From positions 502,303-566,302 of the forward strand of contig NIVC01000302.1 of assembly GCA_002269645.1 (NCBI GenBank): 64,000 nt of DNA. Reading direction: 5' to 3'. The notes beneath the pieces were generated by a model that worked only from the letters and a program-made list of their open reading frames with translations, was not told where the DNA came from and searched no databases. This document shows positions 47,496 to 60,107 of this stretch, piece after piece; position 1 is the first letter of the stretch; each line of letters begins with the position of its first letter. The translations under genes were made by a program, and so were the position numbers. The stretch is from Macrostomum lignano (taxonomy: Eukaryota).

Positions 47496-48494
47496 GTGAA
47501 TTGCACAACAACCCCGACCAGTTCCCTGATGAGCGCGCATTGACATTCTAATAATTAGCATGCTGATAAAGGTGATCGTGCCAATTGTCCCACGCTGCTT
47601 GTGCGTCACTGTACTCGGCTATAGTCTCTCGGACGTACTGCGACATTGCCATTGTGAACAGTTTCTTAATCACTGCACGCAATCTGCATTTGGATTTTTG
47701 CGTGTTAGCATTTTGTCTGGCAAAAAAACCTCTTTCCAGTCTGTAGCTTTTAGTCAGTTGAGTAAAATCGTATAAAATTCCATATTAATTTTACGTTCCT
47801 ATTAAGTACGCATCGGTGCATGGCCTTTATTCTCCGAAGAAAATATGTTTGTGTCAATTAGCCGCCCATCCGTGAAACACATTTAGCAATAGTGCTTAGT
47901 AAACAGCTGGAAGAAGAGCCCAACTATAATACATAGCTATATAGGCCCCCAGCTTTTTTAACATCCTCTTCCAGAGTAGCCACACCTAGCTGCTGCGTGA
48001 CTGAGCACCGATTGCTCATTAGCTGGGTTGGCGAGGCGTATTGGCCAGCAGTTATGGTGTTCGCCCTTTCATGACATGAAGCTTATATAATGCTATGTTA
48101 TAAACCGCCGCGGTGAGACTAAACCTGACAGTCTGACAACGATGTGCTGTCTCCGAATCGAAGTGCGAATACTTCATACTGGCCTCTCCGATTTCAATAC
48201 GAGCTAGATAAGGCAGACTGTTGAGTCACGTGGCTGAGCGAGGAATATTTTCTTGCGATCGATTGGGAGACATGCAGAGAAGATATTGGAGAGAAATGGA
48301 GACACGAGAGTTGTGCAGCCGGTACAGGGAATGAGGGCAGCTTCGTGGCAAGAAGTCTCGCGGGCACACCTTGGATAGTTAGAGCGACTACTACTGTCGG
48401 GGTCGTTTGGGTGTTGGCTTTGGGTTTTTTAATTTTGGTTGGTATTTTTCTGACTGGAAGCCCCCTTACCCATCCCCATGGGACTTTGTATCAT

Positions 48495-48912
48495 TAGGGA
48501 TTGCAAAATCCCGTTTTTGCGATCTCGGGATCAGAAAAATACATATTTTTAAGCTTCCGTGTTGAAATTTTAAGGCTAAAAATGCGCTAAACGTTTTTTG
48601 CTCTTATTTTTGATTGTATAGAGTTAATGATCTATTTAAGTAGTATAAAATTACTACTATATTAGTAGTTACGAAACAAATCAATTATCAAAATTTACAT
48701 TGCAATAAATTTCAGATTTAAATCTGCTATGCCACAAATAACAAATGCGAAATACAAAAAGAAAGGGTTTAATAAGACGCCACGCGACGTGAGGCAATTA
48801 ACGGAAATTAGCGCAGTATAATAAACTGGTTTTGGGCCCAATTATGTTCATATTACAACACTTTTTGTAAAAAAAATTGTCTCGGGATTCGGGACCCGGG
48901 ATGCAATCCCTA
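48495..48912. mobile_element. hAT-type MITE
   Basis: TIR TAGGGATTGCA / TGCAATCCCTA; 8-bp TSD TGTATCAT at 48487-48494 and 48913-48920; subterminal CGGGA repeats. Confidence 0.88.
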
Positions 48913-49424
48913 TGTATCATCTAAGTTCAAGATTAAAAATGTGCTGCGATTTTGTGCCAAGGCGCTTCCTTCCGAATCGCGGAAGCGAACTTCCGCGATG
49001 TCACCAGTTCGTCTACCTCAACGGTCAGGTTGCCGACGTCCGCTAGAATCTCTGCGGGGTCGCTGCGGTCTTGTCTGGACTGCTTTTCATTATTTGAGGG
49101 CTGGTCGTGCCGTCCTCTGCCCTGTACCTGACCGCCAGAGGGGCGGTGGTGATCGAGACCGTCGTTGCTGTACGACACTGAGACTTTGAAGGCTCACAGA
49201 CTCGCCTGAACAGCAAGTTTTTTTAATAAATAGGCATATTAAACATACTATGTAGTGAAAGTTGTGTAGTGAAAGTTTCATTTTTGTAATTGTTTTCTAT
49301 TGTTTTCAAAAAACCAAGACAAAGTTGTAAATAATCACAAGGGAAATACCTGTTTTGCTCCTTTTTGAATCCAGTATATTTGTAATGAAAAAGTTGCATG
49401 TCTGAGGCACTCAGCTTAGCATCA

Positions 49425-51664
49425 CCCCCTTTGCCGACGGCTGTCCCGAAGTCGGGACATAGACTATTTGGCAGTCGCTACAGTTGCTGCTGCAGCACCC
49501 CCTTTCCCGCCGGTTTCTCTCTGTCGCAACTTTCTTAGTCATTTCTTCAGTTCATCTGCACTTGTCTCTGTTTCGTACTCTGTTTTCTCCCTCTTGGTCT
49601 AGTTCAGTCTTGTTATTTTTCTCTTTCCCTCGCTGCCTTCTGATTGGCTTTTCAACCTCGCCTCTTTTTTTCAACCTGAGTTTCACCCCCTTCACTCCCC
49701 TTGTTTACGAGTAATGTCTTGTTTAGCCCAATAGCCCAGCCCTAGTTTTTAGCCAAAATATTCTTTTTAGGGCCCTGTGCCACACTTGCTGTTCTAATAG
49801 CCTCTCTTTTTCTCTGCACTTTCACTCTAACTATATATCTACTCTATCTATACATATAGCTGCTGCCCTTTCTTGCGTGGTTTTTTTCCCATGGAATCTG
49901 AGAACGAAAACGCAGACATTTTGACTGATGACTACTCGCTGAGGTCGCTAGATGGAATCGAGAACGACTTTATGGGGGAAGAAGGCAGGGAGACAGAGGT
50001 AGTTAGTGATGTACCAGAGTGCCAGTTGGTTCAGGCTGGAATGGATGCTGTGCCGAATGAAGCCGATCAAGCTTCTGGGAACACCAGGGGTTCGCCCGGA
50101 TTAGAGGCCTCCAGCTTCAGCTGATGGAAACGAAGAGGAGATTCTGAGTCTGGTGAAGAGCTGGTGAAGAACTGGAGAGATTGCACGGATTATGAGGTGA
50201 GGAAGCTGTTCGGGATTTTTCTGTTGATGGGCCTGGACAAAAAGCCGGAGATCAGCAGCTACTGGAGCCAGGACCCTCTTTCCCATTGCTGCTTTCTGTC
50301 CATGCCCAACGCCCTCTCGAGAGATAGATTCAAGCAGCTGCTTTCCTGTCTTCGTTTCTACGACTGCACAGATGTCGAGGAGGTGTCCTTGGCCAAATCC
50401 AGCCGTTTCTGCACCAGCTGCAGCAGGTGTAAAGAAACAACTGCATGCTGGAGCCTGCTGTTAAAGCAGTACATCCCCACTAAGAGGAGCAGGTACGGTG
50501 TCAAGCTGTACCGTCCGTGCGAGTCGGAGACTGGCTACTTGCGGAATTTCGCAGTCCACTCCACGGAGCACGCGAATGCACAATTCGGACTGGGACTCGA
50601 GTGCGGCGGCCTCTATTAGTGAGCGAATTGTGGCCGAGCTGTGCCGTGAACTCCTTCACATGAATTACGTGTTCATGGACAGCTGGTTCACGTCGCATCG
50701 GCTGTCCTTTTGGCTGCTGGCAAATGGAGCTCGGCTCACCGGCACCGTGCGCAGCAATCGAGGCTTCCTGCAGCTGCTGCAGCAGCTGCAACTGCGACCG
50801 ACTGCGGCAGCTTTCACGAGGAACGGCGAGGTGCTCGCTTGTAATGTAAGTTCGTGGACAGGAAGAGCAGCGGGACAAAGACCGTGTATCTCCTTGACAC
50901 TGTTGGGCAGGCTGCCTGTGTGAACGAAGCCAGTGACAGTGATCACCCACTCGAAGAGCATGGGCGGCGTGGGCCGTATGGACTCGGCAGAGAACCCCTC
51001 CCTGGCCAGTCGGAAGACGCTGCGCTGGTTTCAGAAACTCGCGTTTTACCTGCTGCTGCTTCTGGTTTGGAACTCGTGGATCGTCTACCGCCAGCACGGA
51101 GTACCAAGATCTTTGAGGCGTTTCTGCGCAAAGCGGTCAGCATCCAGGTGGAGGAGACTGGCAGAGACAGGCGCCATTTAGGTGTCAGGGCAGGCTGTCC
51201 TGCAGCAGTCGGACCGTCAGGTGATGGCCCTGCAGTACAGCATTCGCCGACCAAAGCTCCATTGAACGCTGCCAATGTTCGGCCGCGAGAACCGAATGGC
51301 GAAGAAGACAGTGTACATATGCCCTGATTGTCCGGGAATGCCAGCACTTTGCATAGGCCAGTGCTTCAGAAACTGGCACAGGTAACCACACTGACTGTTA
51401 CTGCAGGCCTTCTGGTGTTTTTGTTTTTTTCTCTCACACCCCTGCGTGACTTTGTTCTCTCCACTCCTAACCTGCTCCCCCTTTTTCCCCACCCCTAGGC
51501 TTCCATCCCCTCTAATAAAATTTAAATAAATATTTATGGAGTACCCAAACACAGGGGTTTCGGTTTCTATGGTGTGCTTACCATAGAACTCGGTTTTAAG
51601 TTTTCGGCTGCAGCAGAAGTGGCTGCTTGCCCCGTATTCGGGACATCCGTCGGCTTACCGACCG
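49425..51664 (+). mobile_element. Decayed piggyBac DNA transposon
   Basis: Ends CCCCTTTGCCGACGGCTGTCCCGAAGTCGGGAC and CCCGTATTCGGGACATCCGTCGGC...TTAA; transposase remnants inside. Confidence 0.8.
49890..51400 (+). pseudogene. Frameshifted piggyBac (PGBD4-like, DDE_Tnp_1_7) transposase
   Basis: Motifs split across frames: YWS...LSRDRFKQLLSCLRF; YIPTKRSRYGVKLY; VFMDSWFTS...TGTVRSNR; SMGGV..MD...RWFQKLAFY; C-terminal Cys cluster. Confidence 0.88.
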
Positions 51665-52852
51665 TTAAGCCAGGCCTTGGCTTAAAAATTGATTGCATTT
51701 TAAAGATAAAGTCAACAACAATATGAAAAATGATAATCGCAAACATTTCTACATTTAATTATTTAGACGGGTCTGGGAATAGCTTACTACGAGCGTAATA
51801 TGCAATTTAAATTTAACTATACCTACCGGTACAATAATGGCTTAAGAGAACTTGTATGCAACGTTTCTACAAATATACTTGCACTTGATTCAAGAAGGAA
51901 CAAAAAATAAACTTCACTCGCGAGCATCTACAACTTTGGCTTCGGCTTATGAAACAAAAAGAAAACAAAAAGAAAATGAAGCTTTAACTACACAAATATA
52001 TAATATGTAATAGAGTAAGACGTTGTGAATGCTAAGTTAAGATAATTTGGTAATCTTTACTGCCCCAGATCAAATGCATTGATCATTGATAAATGATTTT
52101 TTCCAATCTCTGCGGTGTATTTTTTTCCAAGAGATTCTCTCTCCAGGAGCGTCAACAGGGGTCGATCATAGGGGGCGCCGATCATTTAGATGTGGCAGTC
52201 GATACCTCAAAACTGCAAAGCATTTTCTGCATTTCCTGTTACAAGTGAGCAAGAAGTTTGGCAGTGGCCTCCGAACTCGAAATCCGAGACAGACACCGAT
52301 CATATACTCCCGAATGAGTTCCTGACTTCGATCTTGTCTCTCCCTCTCTGCTTTTGAGACGAGTCCATGCAGAGAGCGCATGCAAATGAGAGCAGTGCAG
52401 GTTCGGTTCTCCGCGGTCTCCCCGTTTGATTTATTGCGAATCCGAAGTCTCAGAAACTGCGCGAAGCATGGCAGATTCCCTTCGGCTGAAAAATGAGCAG
52501 TCCGGGATGGAAAAGAAAGCCAAAGGCATTAAGAAATCAATCACGTCAGCGGCTATGAATAATACTAACTGCTTAATACACTGCGGCTCATATATATTTA
52601 TTCACATGTGGTCTCACAATCCACACACTCACTTCAGCTTGCATGCAATCGAAGTGCGCGACTTCAGTCTTAAGAAAAATATTTTTTTATCCTTTGATGA
52701 CGTGCCGTGACAGATCAGTGAGGCCCCGGATATTGGCATTTTTCCTCGAAATCAGACCCCGGAGATTTATTTTCCAAGATTATTATGAACGAGTTTAAAA
52801 GTTACAGTGAAGCCTAAAATTCACTGCCTTAGTCTAAGCCCGACCGCTTGAC

Positions 52853-55800
52853 CTAGTTTGTGTCCTGGTCTGCTGGCTTCGGCTAGGTTTGTGTCCTTGG
52901 TCTGCTGGCTTCGGCTAGGTTTGTGTCCTGGTCTGCTCGCTCCTGCTAGGTTTGTGTCCTGGTCTGCTCGCTTCTGCTGGGTTTATGTCCTTGGTCTGCT
53001 CGCTCCTGCTAGGTTCGTGTCCTGGTCTGCTCGCTTCTGCTGGGTTTGTGTCCTTGGTCTGCTCGCTCCTGCTAGGTTTGTGTTCTGGTCTGCTCGCTTC
53101 TGCTGGGTCTGTGTCCTGGTCTGCTGGCTTCTGCTGAGTTTGTGTCCTGGTCTGCTGGCTTCGGCTAGGTTTGTGTCCTGGTCTGCTGGCTTCGGCTAGG
53201 TTTGTGTCCTGGTCTGCTCGCTTCGGCTAGGTTGTGTCCTGGTCTGCTGGCTTCGGCTAGGTTTGTGTCCTGGTCTGCTCGCTTCGGCTAGGTTTGTGTC
53301 CTGGTCGGCTGGCTTCGGCTAGGTTTGTGTCCTGGTCTGCTCGCTTCGGCTAGGTTTGTGTCCTGGTCTGCTGGCTTCGGCTAGGTTTGTGTTCTGGTCT
53401 GCTGGCTTCGGCTAGGTTTGTGTTCTGGTCAGCTCGCTTCTGCTGGGTTTGTGTCCTGGTCTGCTGGCTTCTGCTGGGTTCGTGTCCTGGTCTGCTGGCT
53501 TCGGCTAGGTTCGTGTCCTGGTCTGCTGGCTTCGGCTAGGTTTGTGTCCTGGTCTGCTGGCTTCGGCTAGGTTTGTGTCCTGGTCTGCTCGCTCCTGCTA
53601 GGTTTGTGTCCTGGTCTGCTCGCTTCTGCTGGGTTTGTGTCCTTGGTCTGCTCGCTTCTGCTGGGTTTGTGTCCTTGGTCTGCTGGCTTCGGCTAGGTTT
53701 GTGTCCTGGTCTGCTCGCTTCGGCTGGGTTTGTGTCCTTGGTCTGCTGGCTTCGGCTAGGTTTGTGTCCTGGTCTGCTGGCTTCGGCTAGGTCTGTGTCC
53801 TGGTCTGCTGGCTTCGGCTAGGTTTGTGTCCTGGTCTGCTCGCTTCGGCTAGGTTTGTGTCCTGGTCTGCTGGCTTCGGCTAGGTTTGTGTCCTGGTCTG
53901 CTGGCTTCGGCTAGGTTCGTGTCCTGGTCTGCTGGCTTCGGCTAGGTTTGTGTCCTGGTCTGCTGGCTTCGGCTAGGTTTGTGTCCTGGTCTGCTGGCTT
54001 CGGCTAGGTTTGTGTTCTGGTCTGCTGGCTTCGGCTAGGTTTGTGTTCTAGTCTGCTCGCTTCTGCTGGGTCTGTGTCCTGGTCTGCTGGCTTCTGCTAG
54101 GTTCGTGTCCTGGTCTGCTGGCTTCGGCAAGGTTTGTGTCCTGGTCTGCTGGCTTCGGCTAGGTTTGTGTCCTGGTCTGCTGGCTTCGGCTAGGTTTGTG
54201 TCCTGGTCTGCTCGCTTCGGCTAGGTTTGTGTCCTGGTCTGCTGGCTTCGGCTAGGTTTGTGTCCTTGGTCTGCTGGCTTCGGCTAGGTTTGTGTCCTGG
54301 TCTGCTGGCTTCGGCTAGGTTTGTGTCCTGGTCTGCTCGCTTCTGCTGGGTTTGTGTCCTTGGTCTGCTCGCTTCTGCTGGGTTTGTGTCCTTGGTCTGC
54401 TCGCTCCTGCTAGGTTTGTGTCCTGGTCTGCTCGCTTCGGCTAGGTTTGTGTCCTGGTCTGCTGGCTTCGGCTAGGTCTGTGTCCTGGTCTGCTGGCTTC
54501 GGCTAGGTTTGTGTCCTGGTCTGCTCGCTTCGGCTAGGTTTGTGTCCTGGTCTGCTGGCTTCGGTTAGGTTTGTGTCCTGGTCTGCTGGCTTCGGCTAGG
54601 TTTGTGTCCTGGTCTGCTGGCTTCGGCTAGGTTTGTGTCCTGGTCTGCTGGCTTCGGCTAGGTTTGTGTCCTGGTCTGCTGGCTTCGGCTAGGTTTGTGT
54701 TCTGGTCTGCTGGCTTCGGCTAGGTTTGTGTTCTGGTCTGCTCGCTTCTGCTGGGTCTGTGTCCTGGTCTGCTGGCTTCTGCTAGGTTTGTGTCCTGGTC
54801 TGCTGGCTTCGGCAAGGTTTGTGTCCTGGTCTGCTGGCTTCGGCTAGGTTTGTGTCCTTGGTCTGCTGGCTTCGGCTAGGTTTGTGTCCTGGTCTGCTCG
54901 CTCCTGCTAGGTTTGTGTCCTGGTCTGCTCGCTTCTGCTGGGTTTGTGTCCTTGGTCTGCTCGCTTCTGCTAGGTTTGTGTCCTGGTCTGCTCGCTCCTG
55001 CTGGGTTTGTGTCCTTGGTCTGCTCGCTCCTGCTAGGTTTGTGTCCTGGTCTGCTGGCTTCGGCTAGGTTTGTGTCCTTGTCTGCTGGCTTCGGCTAGGT
55101 TTGTGTCCTGGTCTGCTGGCTTCGGCTAGGTTTGTGTCCTGGTCTGCTCGCTTCGGCTAGGTTTGTGTTCTGGTCTGCTGGCTTCGGCTAGGTTTGTGTT
55201 CTGGTCTGCTCGCTTCTGCTGGGTTTGTGTCCTGGTCTGCTGGCTTCGGCTAGGTTCGTGTCCTGGTCTGCTGGCTTCGGCTAGGTTTGTGTCCTGGTCT
55301 GCTGGCTTCGGCTAGGTTTGTGTCCTGGTCTGCTGGCTTCGGCTAGGTTTGTGTCCTTGGTCTGCTGGCTTCGGCTAGGTTTGTGTCCTGGTCTGCTCGC
55401 TCCTGCTAGGTTTGTGTCCTGGTCTGCTCGCTTCTGCTGGGTTTGTGTCCTTGGTCTGCTCGCTTCTGCTAGGTTTGTGTCCTGGTCTGCTCGCTCCTGC
55501 TGGGTTTGTGTCCTTGGTCTGCTCGCTCCTGCTAGGTTTGTGTCCTGGTCTGCTGGCTTCGGCTAGGTTTGTGTCCTTGTCTGCTGGCTTCGGCTAGGTT
55601 TGTGTCCTGGTCTGCTGGCTTCGGCTAGGTTTGTGTCCTGGTCTGCTCGCTTCGGCTAGGTTTGTGTCCTGGTCTGCTGGCTTCGGCTAGGTTTGTGTCC
55701 TGGTCTGCTGGCTTCGGCTAGGTTTGTGTCCTGGTCTGCTGGCTTCGGCTAGGTTTGTGTCCTGGTCTGCTGGCTTCGGCTAGGTTTGTGTTCTGGTCTG

Positions 55801-57715
55801 CTGGCTTCGGCTAGGTTTGTGTTCTGGTCTGCTCGCTTCTGCTGGGTCTGTGTCCTGGTCTGCTGGCTTCTGCTAGGTTTGTGTCCTGGTCTGCTGGCTT
55901 CGGCAAGGTTTGTGTCCTGGTCTGCTGGCTTCGGCTAGGTTTGTGTCCTTGGTCTGCTGGCTTCGGCTAGGTTTGTGTCCTGGTCTGCTCGCTCCTGCTA
56001 GGTTTGTGTCCTGGTCTGCTCGCTTCTGCTGGTTTGTGTCCTTGGTCTGCTCGCTTCTGCTAGGTTTGTGTCCTGGTCTGCTCGCTCCTGCTGGGTTTGT
56101 GTCCTTGGTCTGCTCGCTCCTGCTAGGTTTGTGTCCTGGTCTGCTGGCTTCGGCTAGGTTTGTGTCCTTGTCTGCTGGCTTCGGCTAGGTTTGTGTCCTG
56201 GTCTGCTGGCTTCGGCTAGGTTTGTGTCCTGGTCTGCTCGCTTCGGCTAGGTTTGTGTCCTGGTCTGCTCGCTTCGGCTAGGTTTGTGTCCTTGGTCTGC
56301 TGGCTTCGGTTAGGTTTGTGTCCTGGTCTGCTCGCTCCTGCTAGGTTTGTGTCCTGGTCTGCTCGCTTCTGCTGGGTTTGTGTCCTTGGTCTGCTCGCTT
56401 CTGCTGGGTTTGTGTCCTTGGTCTGCTCGCTTCTGCTGGGTTTGTGTCCTGGTCTGCTCGCTCCTGCTGGGTTTGTGTCCTTGGTCTGCTCGCTCCTGCT
56501 AGGTTTGTGTCCTTGGTCTGCTCGCTCCTGCTAGGTTTGTGTCCTTGGTCTGCTGGCTTCGGCTAGGTTTGTGTCGTGGTCTGCTGGCTTCGGCTAGGTT
56601 TGTGTCCTGGTCTGCTCGCTTCGGCTAGGTTTGTGTCGTGGTCTGCTGGCTTCGGCTAGGTTTGTGTCCTGGTTTGCTGGTTTCGGCTAGGTTTGTGTCC
56701 TGGTCTGCTGGCTTCGGCTAGGTTTGTGTTCTGGTCTGCTGGCTTCGGCTAGGTTTGTGTTCTGGTCTGCTCGCTTCTGCTGGGTTTGTGTCCTGGTCTG
56801 CTGGCTTCGGCTAGGTTCGTGTCCTGGTCTGCTGGCTTCGGCTAGGTTTGTGTCCTGGTCTGCTGGCTTCGGCTAGGTTTGTGTCCTGGTCTGCTGGCTT
56901 CGGCTAGGTTTGTGTCCTTGGTCTGCTGGCTTCGGCTAGGTTTGTGTCCTGGTCTGCTCGCTCCTGCTAGGTTTGTGTCCTGGTCTGCTCGCTTCTGCTG
57001 GGTTTGTGTCCTTGGTCTGCTCGCTTCTGCTAGGTTTGTGTCCTGGTCTGCTCGCTCCTGCTGGGTTTGTGTCCTTGGTCTGCTCGCTCCTGCTAGGTTT
57101 GTGTCCTGGTCTGCTGGCTTCGGCTAGGTTTGTGTCCTTGTCTGCTGGCTTCGGCTAGGTTTGTGTCCTGGTCTGCTGGCTTCGGCTAGGTTTGTGTCCT
57201 GGTCTGCTCGCTTCGGCTAGGTTTGTGTCCTGGTCTGCTCGCTTCGGCTAGGTTTGTGTCCTTGGTCTGCTGGCTTCGGTTAGGTTTGTGTCCTGGTCTG
57301 CTCGCTCCTGCTAGGTTTGTGTCCTGGTCTGCTCGCTTCTGCTGGGTTTGTGTCCTTGGTCTGCTCGCTTCTGCTGGGTTTGTGTCCTTGGTCTGCTCGC
57401 TTCTGCTGGGTTTGTGTCCTGGTCTGCTCGCTCCTGCTGGGTTTGTGTCCTTGGTCTGCTCGCTCCTGCTAGGTTTGTGTCCTTGGTCTGCTGGCTTCGG
57501 CTAGGTTTGTGTCCTGGTCTGCTGGCTTCGGCTAGGTTTGTGTCCTGGTCTGCTGGCTTTGGCTAGGTTTGTGTTCTGGTCTGCTGGCTTCGGCTAGGTT
57601 TGTGTCCTGATCTGTTCGCTCCTGCTAGGTTTGTGTCCTTGGTCTGATCCTGCTAGGTTTGTGTCCTGATCTGTTCGCTTCGGCTGGGTTTGTGTCCTGG
57701 TCGGCTCGCTTCGGA
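52853..57715. repeat. 31/32-bp satellite (GGTCTGCTGGCTTCGGCTAGGTTTGTGTCCT)n, about 155 units
   Basis: Continuous ~4.9-kb array with higher-order repeats. Confidence 0.97.
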
Positions 57716-58089
57716 TGAGCTCACTACAGTATTTCGAGAAACCAGCTGTCTTACTTTTGCTTAGAAGTTTCAATTTTTTAAAGCAAAGTGTACTTTAGCA
57801 CAACTCTGTCATGGTTGTCAAGGCGTAACCAGAGTCTGGGACCTCAACTTCTCTGACGGCAGCTAGAAACAGCCTGAGAAAGCATTGAGCGCAGAGGGGA
57901 AATGGAAGAGATTTTAGGACTCTGATTTATACAGGAAATTGACTGATTTAATCCCTCTGTGTGCCTGAGAGGGATAATTGGGAAAAATAACGATAATGAA
58001 ATTGGCACTGAAGTTTGATGAAGTGACGCGATTGGGTATTCAGGTATCAGTTTATCATTCCATTAAGCTGGGGTCTTAAGCTTGAATTC

Positions 58090-58300
58090 TAAGCCCCCCC
58101 CCCTCAGGGGTCACACGGCGCCTTCAAGTCTCGCATCCCGCCCTGTCGACTATCGCTGCCCACTGACGCCATGATGCTTCAGTCGCTCTCATCTTGTCCT
58201 ATTGTCGTCTGCAGTGAGTGAGCTGAAGAGTCAATTCAAAGCCTCCACCAGCGTCACTGGTCTCCGTTAATCAGGCATTTGATGGCGCCGATAAATCTTA
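58090..58300 (-). mobile_element. Possible degenerate 3' end of an RTE-like LINE
   Basis: Minus translation ...GQDESD*SIMASV resembles the RTE terminal AQDRxxWR motif; stop codons present. Confidence 0.35.
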
Positions 58301-58449
58301 GCAACTTCTGTTTAGCACAGCTTTCATTCAGTTCAGGCTTACTTTGTGCACTTTTAAACAATAACAATAGTGGCATTTGATCATTAGGAGCATTTTTATT
58401 GATCCTAGATCTAGCAATCAAACTATTCGCTGCTCAGCCACCAAACCAC

Positions 58450-58900
58450 TCGCTGCCTAGCAACCAAGCTACTCTCTGCCTAGCAACCAAGCTACTGGCT
58501 GTCTAGCAACCAAGCTACTGGCTGTCTAGCAACCAAGCTACATGTACTGCCTGCCTAGCAACCAAGCTACTGGCTGTCTAGCAACCAAGCTACATGTACT
58601 GCCCTCCTAGCAACCAAGCTACTGGCTGTCTAGCAACCAAGCTACATGTACTGCCTGCCTAGCAACCAAGCTACTGGCTGTCTAGCAACCAAGCTACATG
58701 TACTGCCTGCCTAGCAACCAAGCTACTGGCTGTCTAGCAACCAAGCTACATGTACTGCCTGCCTAGCAACCAAGCTATTCGATCTCTGCCTAGCAACCAA
58801 GCTACTCGCTGCCTAGCAACCACGCTACTCGATCTCTTCCTAGCAACCAAGCTACTGGCTGTCTAGCAACCAAGCTACTGGCTGTCTAGCAACCAATTTA
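58450..58900. repeat. 23/29-bp composite minisatellite (CTAGCAACCAAGCTAC core)
   Basis: Alternating CTAGCAACCAAGCTACTGGCTGT and CTAGCAACCAAGCTACATGTACTGCCTGC. Confidence 0.92.
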
Positions 58901-59411
58901 CCCACTGCTTGGCAACTATCCAAAAGTTATTTAATATGCTCAAGCTACCCCGACTTCTATTGAATTTAGCAGGATAAAATTTCAGCTCGAGCTAGACAGT
59001 CTAGTCACACACAGAAAAATCCTGCCAACGCAGAAATTTTCATCTATCGGCACACATCTCTGGCAGCCTCCTGTTGCCATGCAGGCTCAGCATCAGTTTC
59101 AGCGCTGATGCAGCCGCTCCAGCCGCACTGATGTTTGCCCTGGAAAAACTATGAGAGACATCCACAGAGCGATGCGGGCTACCGGTGAATCTTGGAAAAG
59201 GTTCTATGCGTCAGAATTTCAGAAGTCTGCTCACCGCTGAGCTCCGGACAAACAGGATGCCTCGGGGGGATGGGGCGAATCTGGGACCACCGCCAATCAA
59301 TCAAAACCGGAGCCTGTAGAGTCATTTCTCCTCAGCTTCCCTTCCTGTTGGGAGCGCTTCATCTTCTTGGAAAGCCGAGCGACTGCTCTGGGCGACTTCC
59401 CTGGTCTTGGA

Positions 59412-60107
59412 GTTGAAGCTCAAGGCTGACTTGAGTTGGAGTCGTCAGTTTGTGTGTTGGAATTGAAGCTCAAGGCTGACTTGAGTTGGAGTCGTCAGTT
59501 TGTGTGTTGGAATTGAAGCTCAAGGCTGACTTGAGTTGGAGTCGTCAGTTTGTGTGTTGGAATTGAAGCTCAAGGCTGACTTGAGTTGGAGTCGTCAGTT
59601 TGTGTGTTGGAATTGAAGCTCAAGGCTCACTTGAGTTGGAGTCGTCAGTTTGTGTGTTGGAATTGAAGCTCAAGGCTGACTTGAGTTGGAGTCGTCAGTT
59701 TGTGTGTTGGAATTGAAGCTCAAGGCTGACTTGAGTTGGAGTCGTCAGTTTGTGTGTTGGAATTGAAGCTCAAGGCTGACTTGAGTTGGAGTCGTCAGTT
59801 TGTGTGTTGGAATTGAAGCTCAAGGCTGACTTGAGTTGGAGTCGTCAGTTTGTGTGTTGGAATTGAAGCTCAAGGCTGACTTGAGTTGGAGTCGTCAGTT
59901 TGTGTGTTGGAATTGAAGCTCAAGGCTGACTTGAGTTGGAGTCGTCAGTTTGTGTGTTGGAATTGAAGCTCAAGGCTGACTTGAGTTGGAGTCGTCAGTT
60001 TGTGTGTTGGAATTGAAGCTCAAGGCTGACTTGAGTTGGAGTCGTCAGTTTGTGTGTTGGAATTGAAGCTCAAGGCTGACTTGAGTTGGAGTCGTCAGTT
60101 TGTGTGT
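59412..60107. repeat. 50-bp near-perfect tandem array, about 14 copies
   Basis: AATTGAAGCTCAAGGCTGACTTGAGTTGGAGTCGTCAGTTTGTGTGTTGG with period 50; one internal variant near 59625. Confidence 0.97.

Noticed and set aside
47520-47560. CTGATGA hammerhead core at 47526
   Set aside because: No stem II followed by GAAA and no flanking stems; the other CTGATGA (7681) is ETS coding sequence.
52858-57566. Many Cys/Trp-rich ORFs
   Set aside because: Translations of the 31-bp satellite.
59412-60107. CRISPR-like appearance of the palindromic 50-bp repeat (also considered for the 28- and 29-bp arrays)
   Set aside because: Units are contiguous with no unique spacers, there are no cas genes, and the context is eukaryotic.
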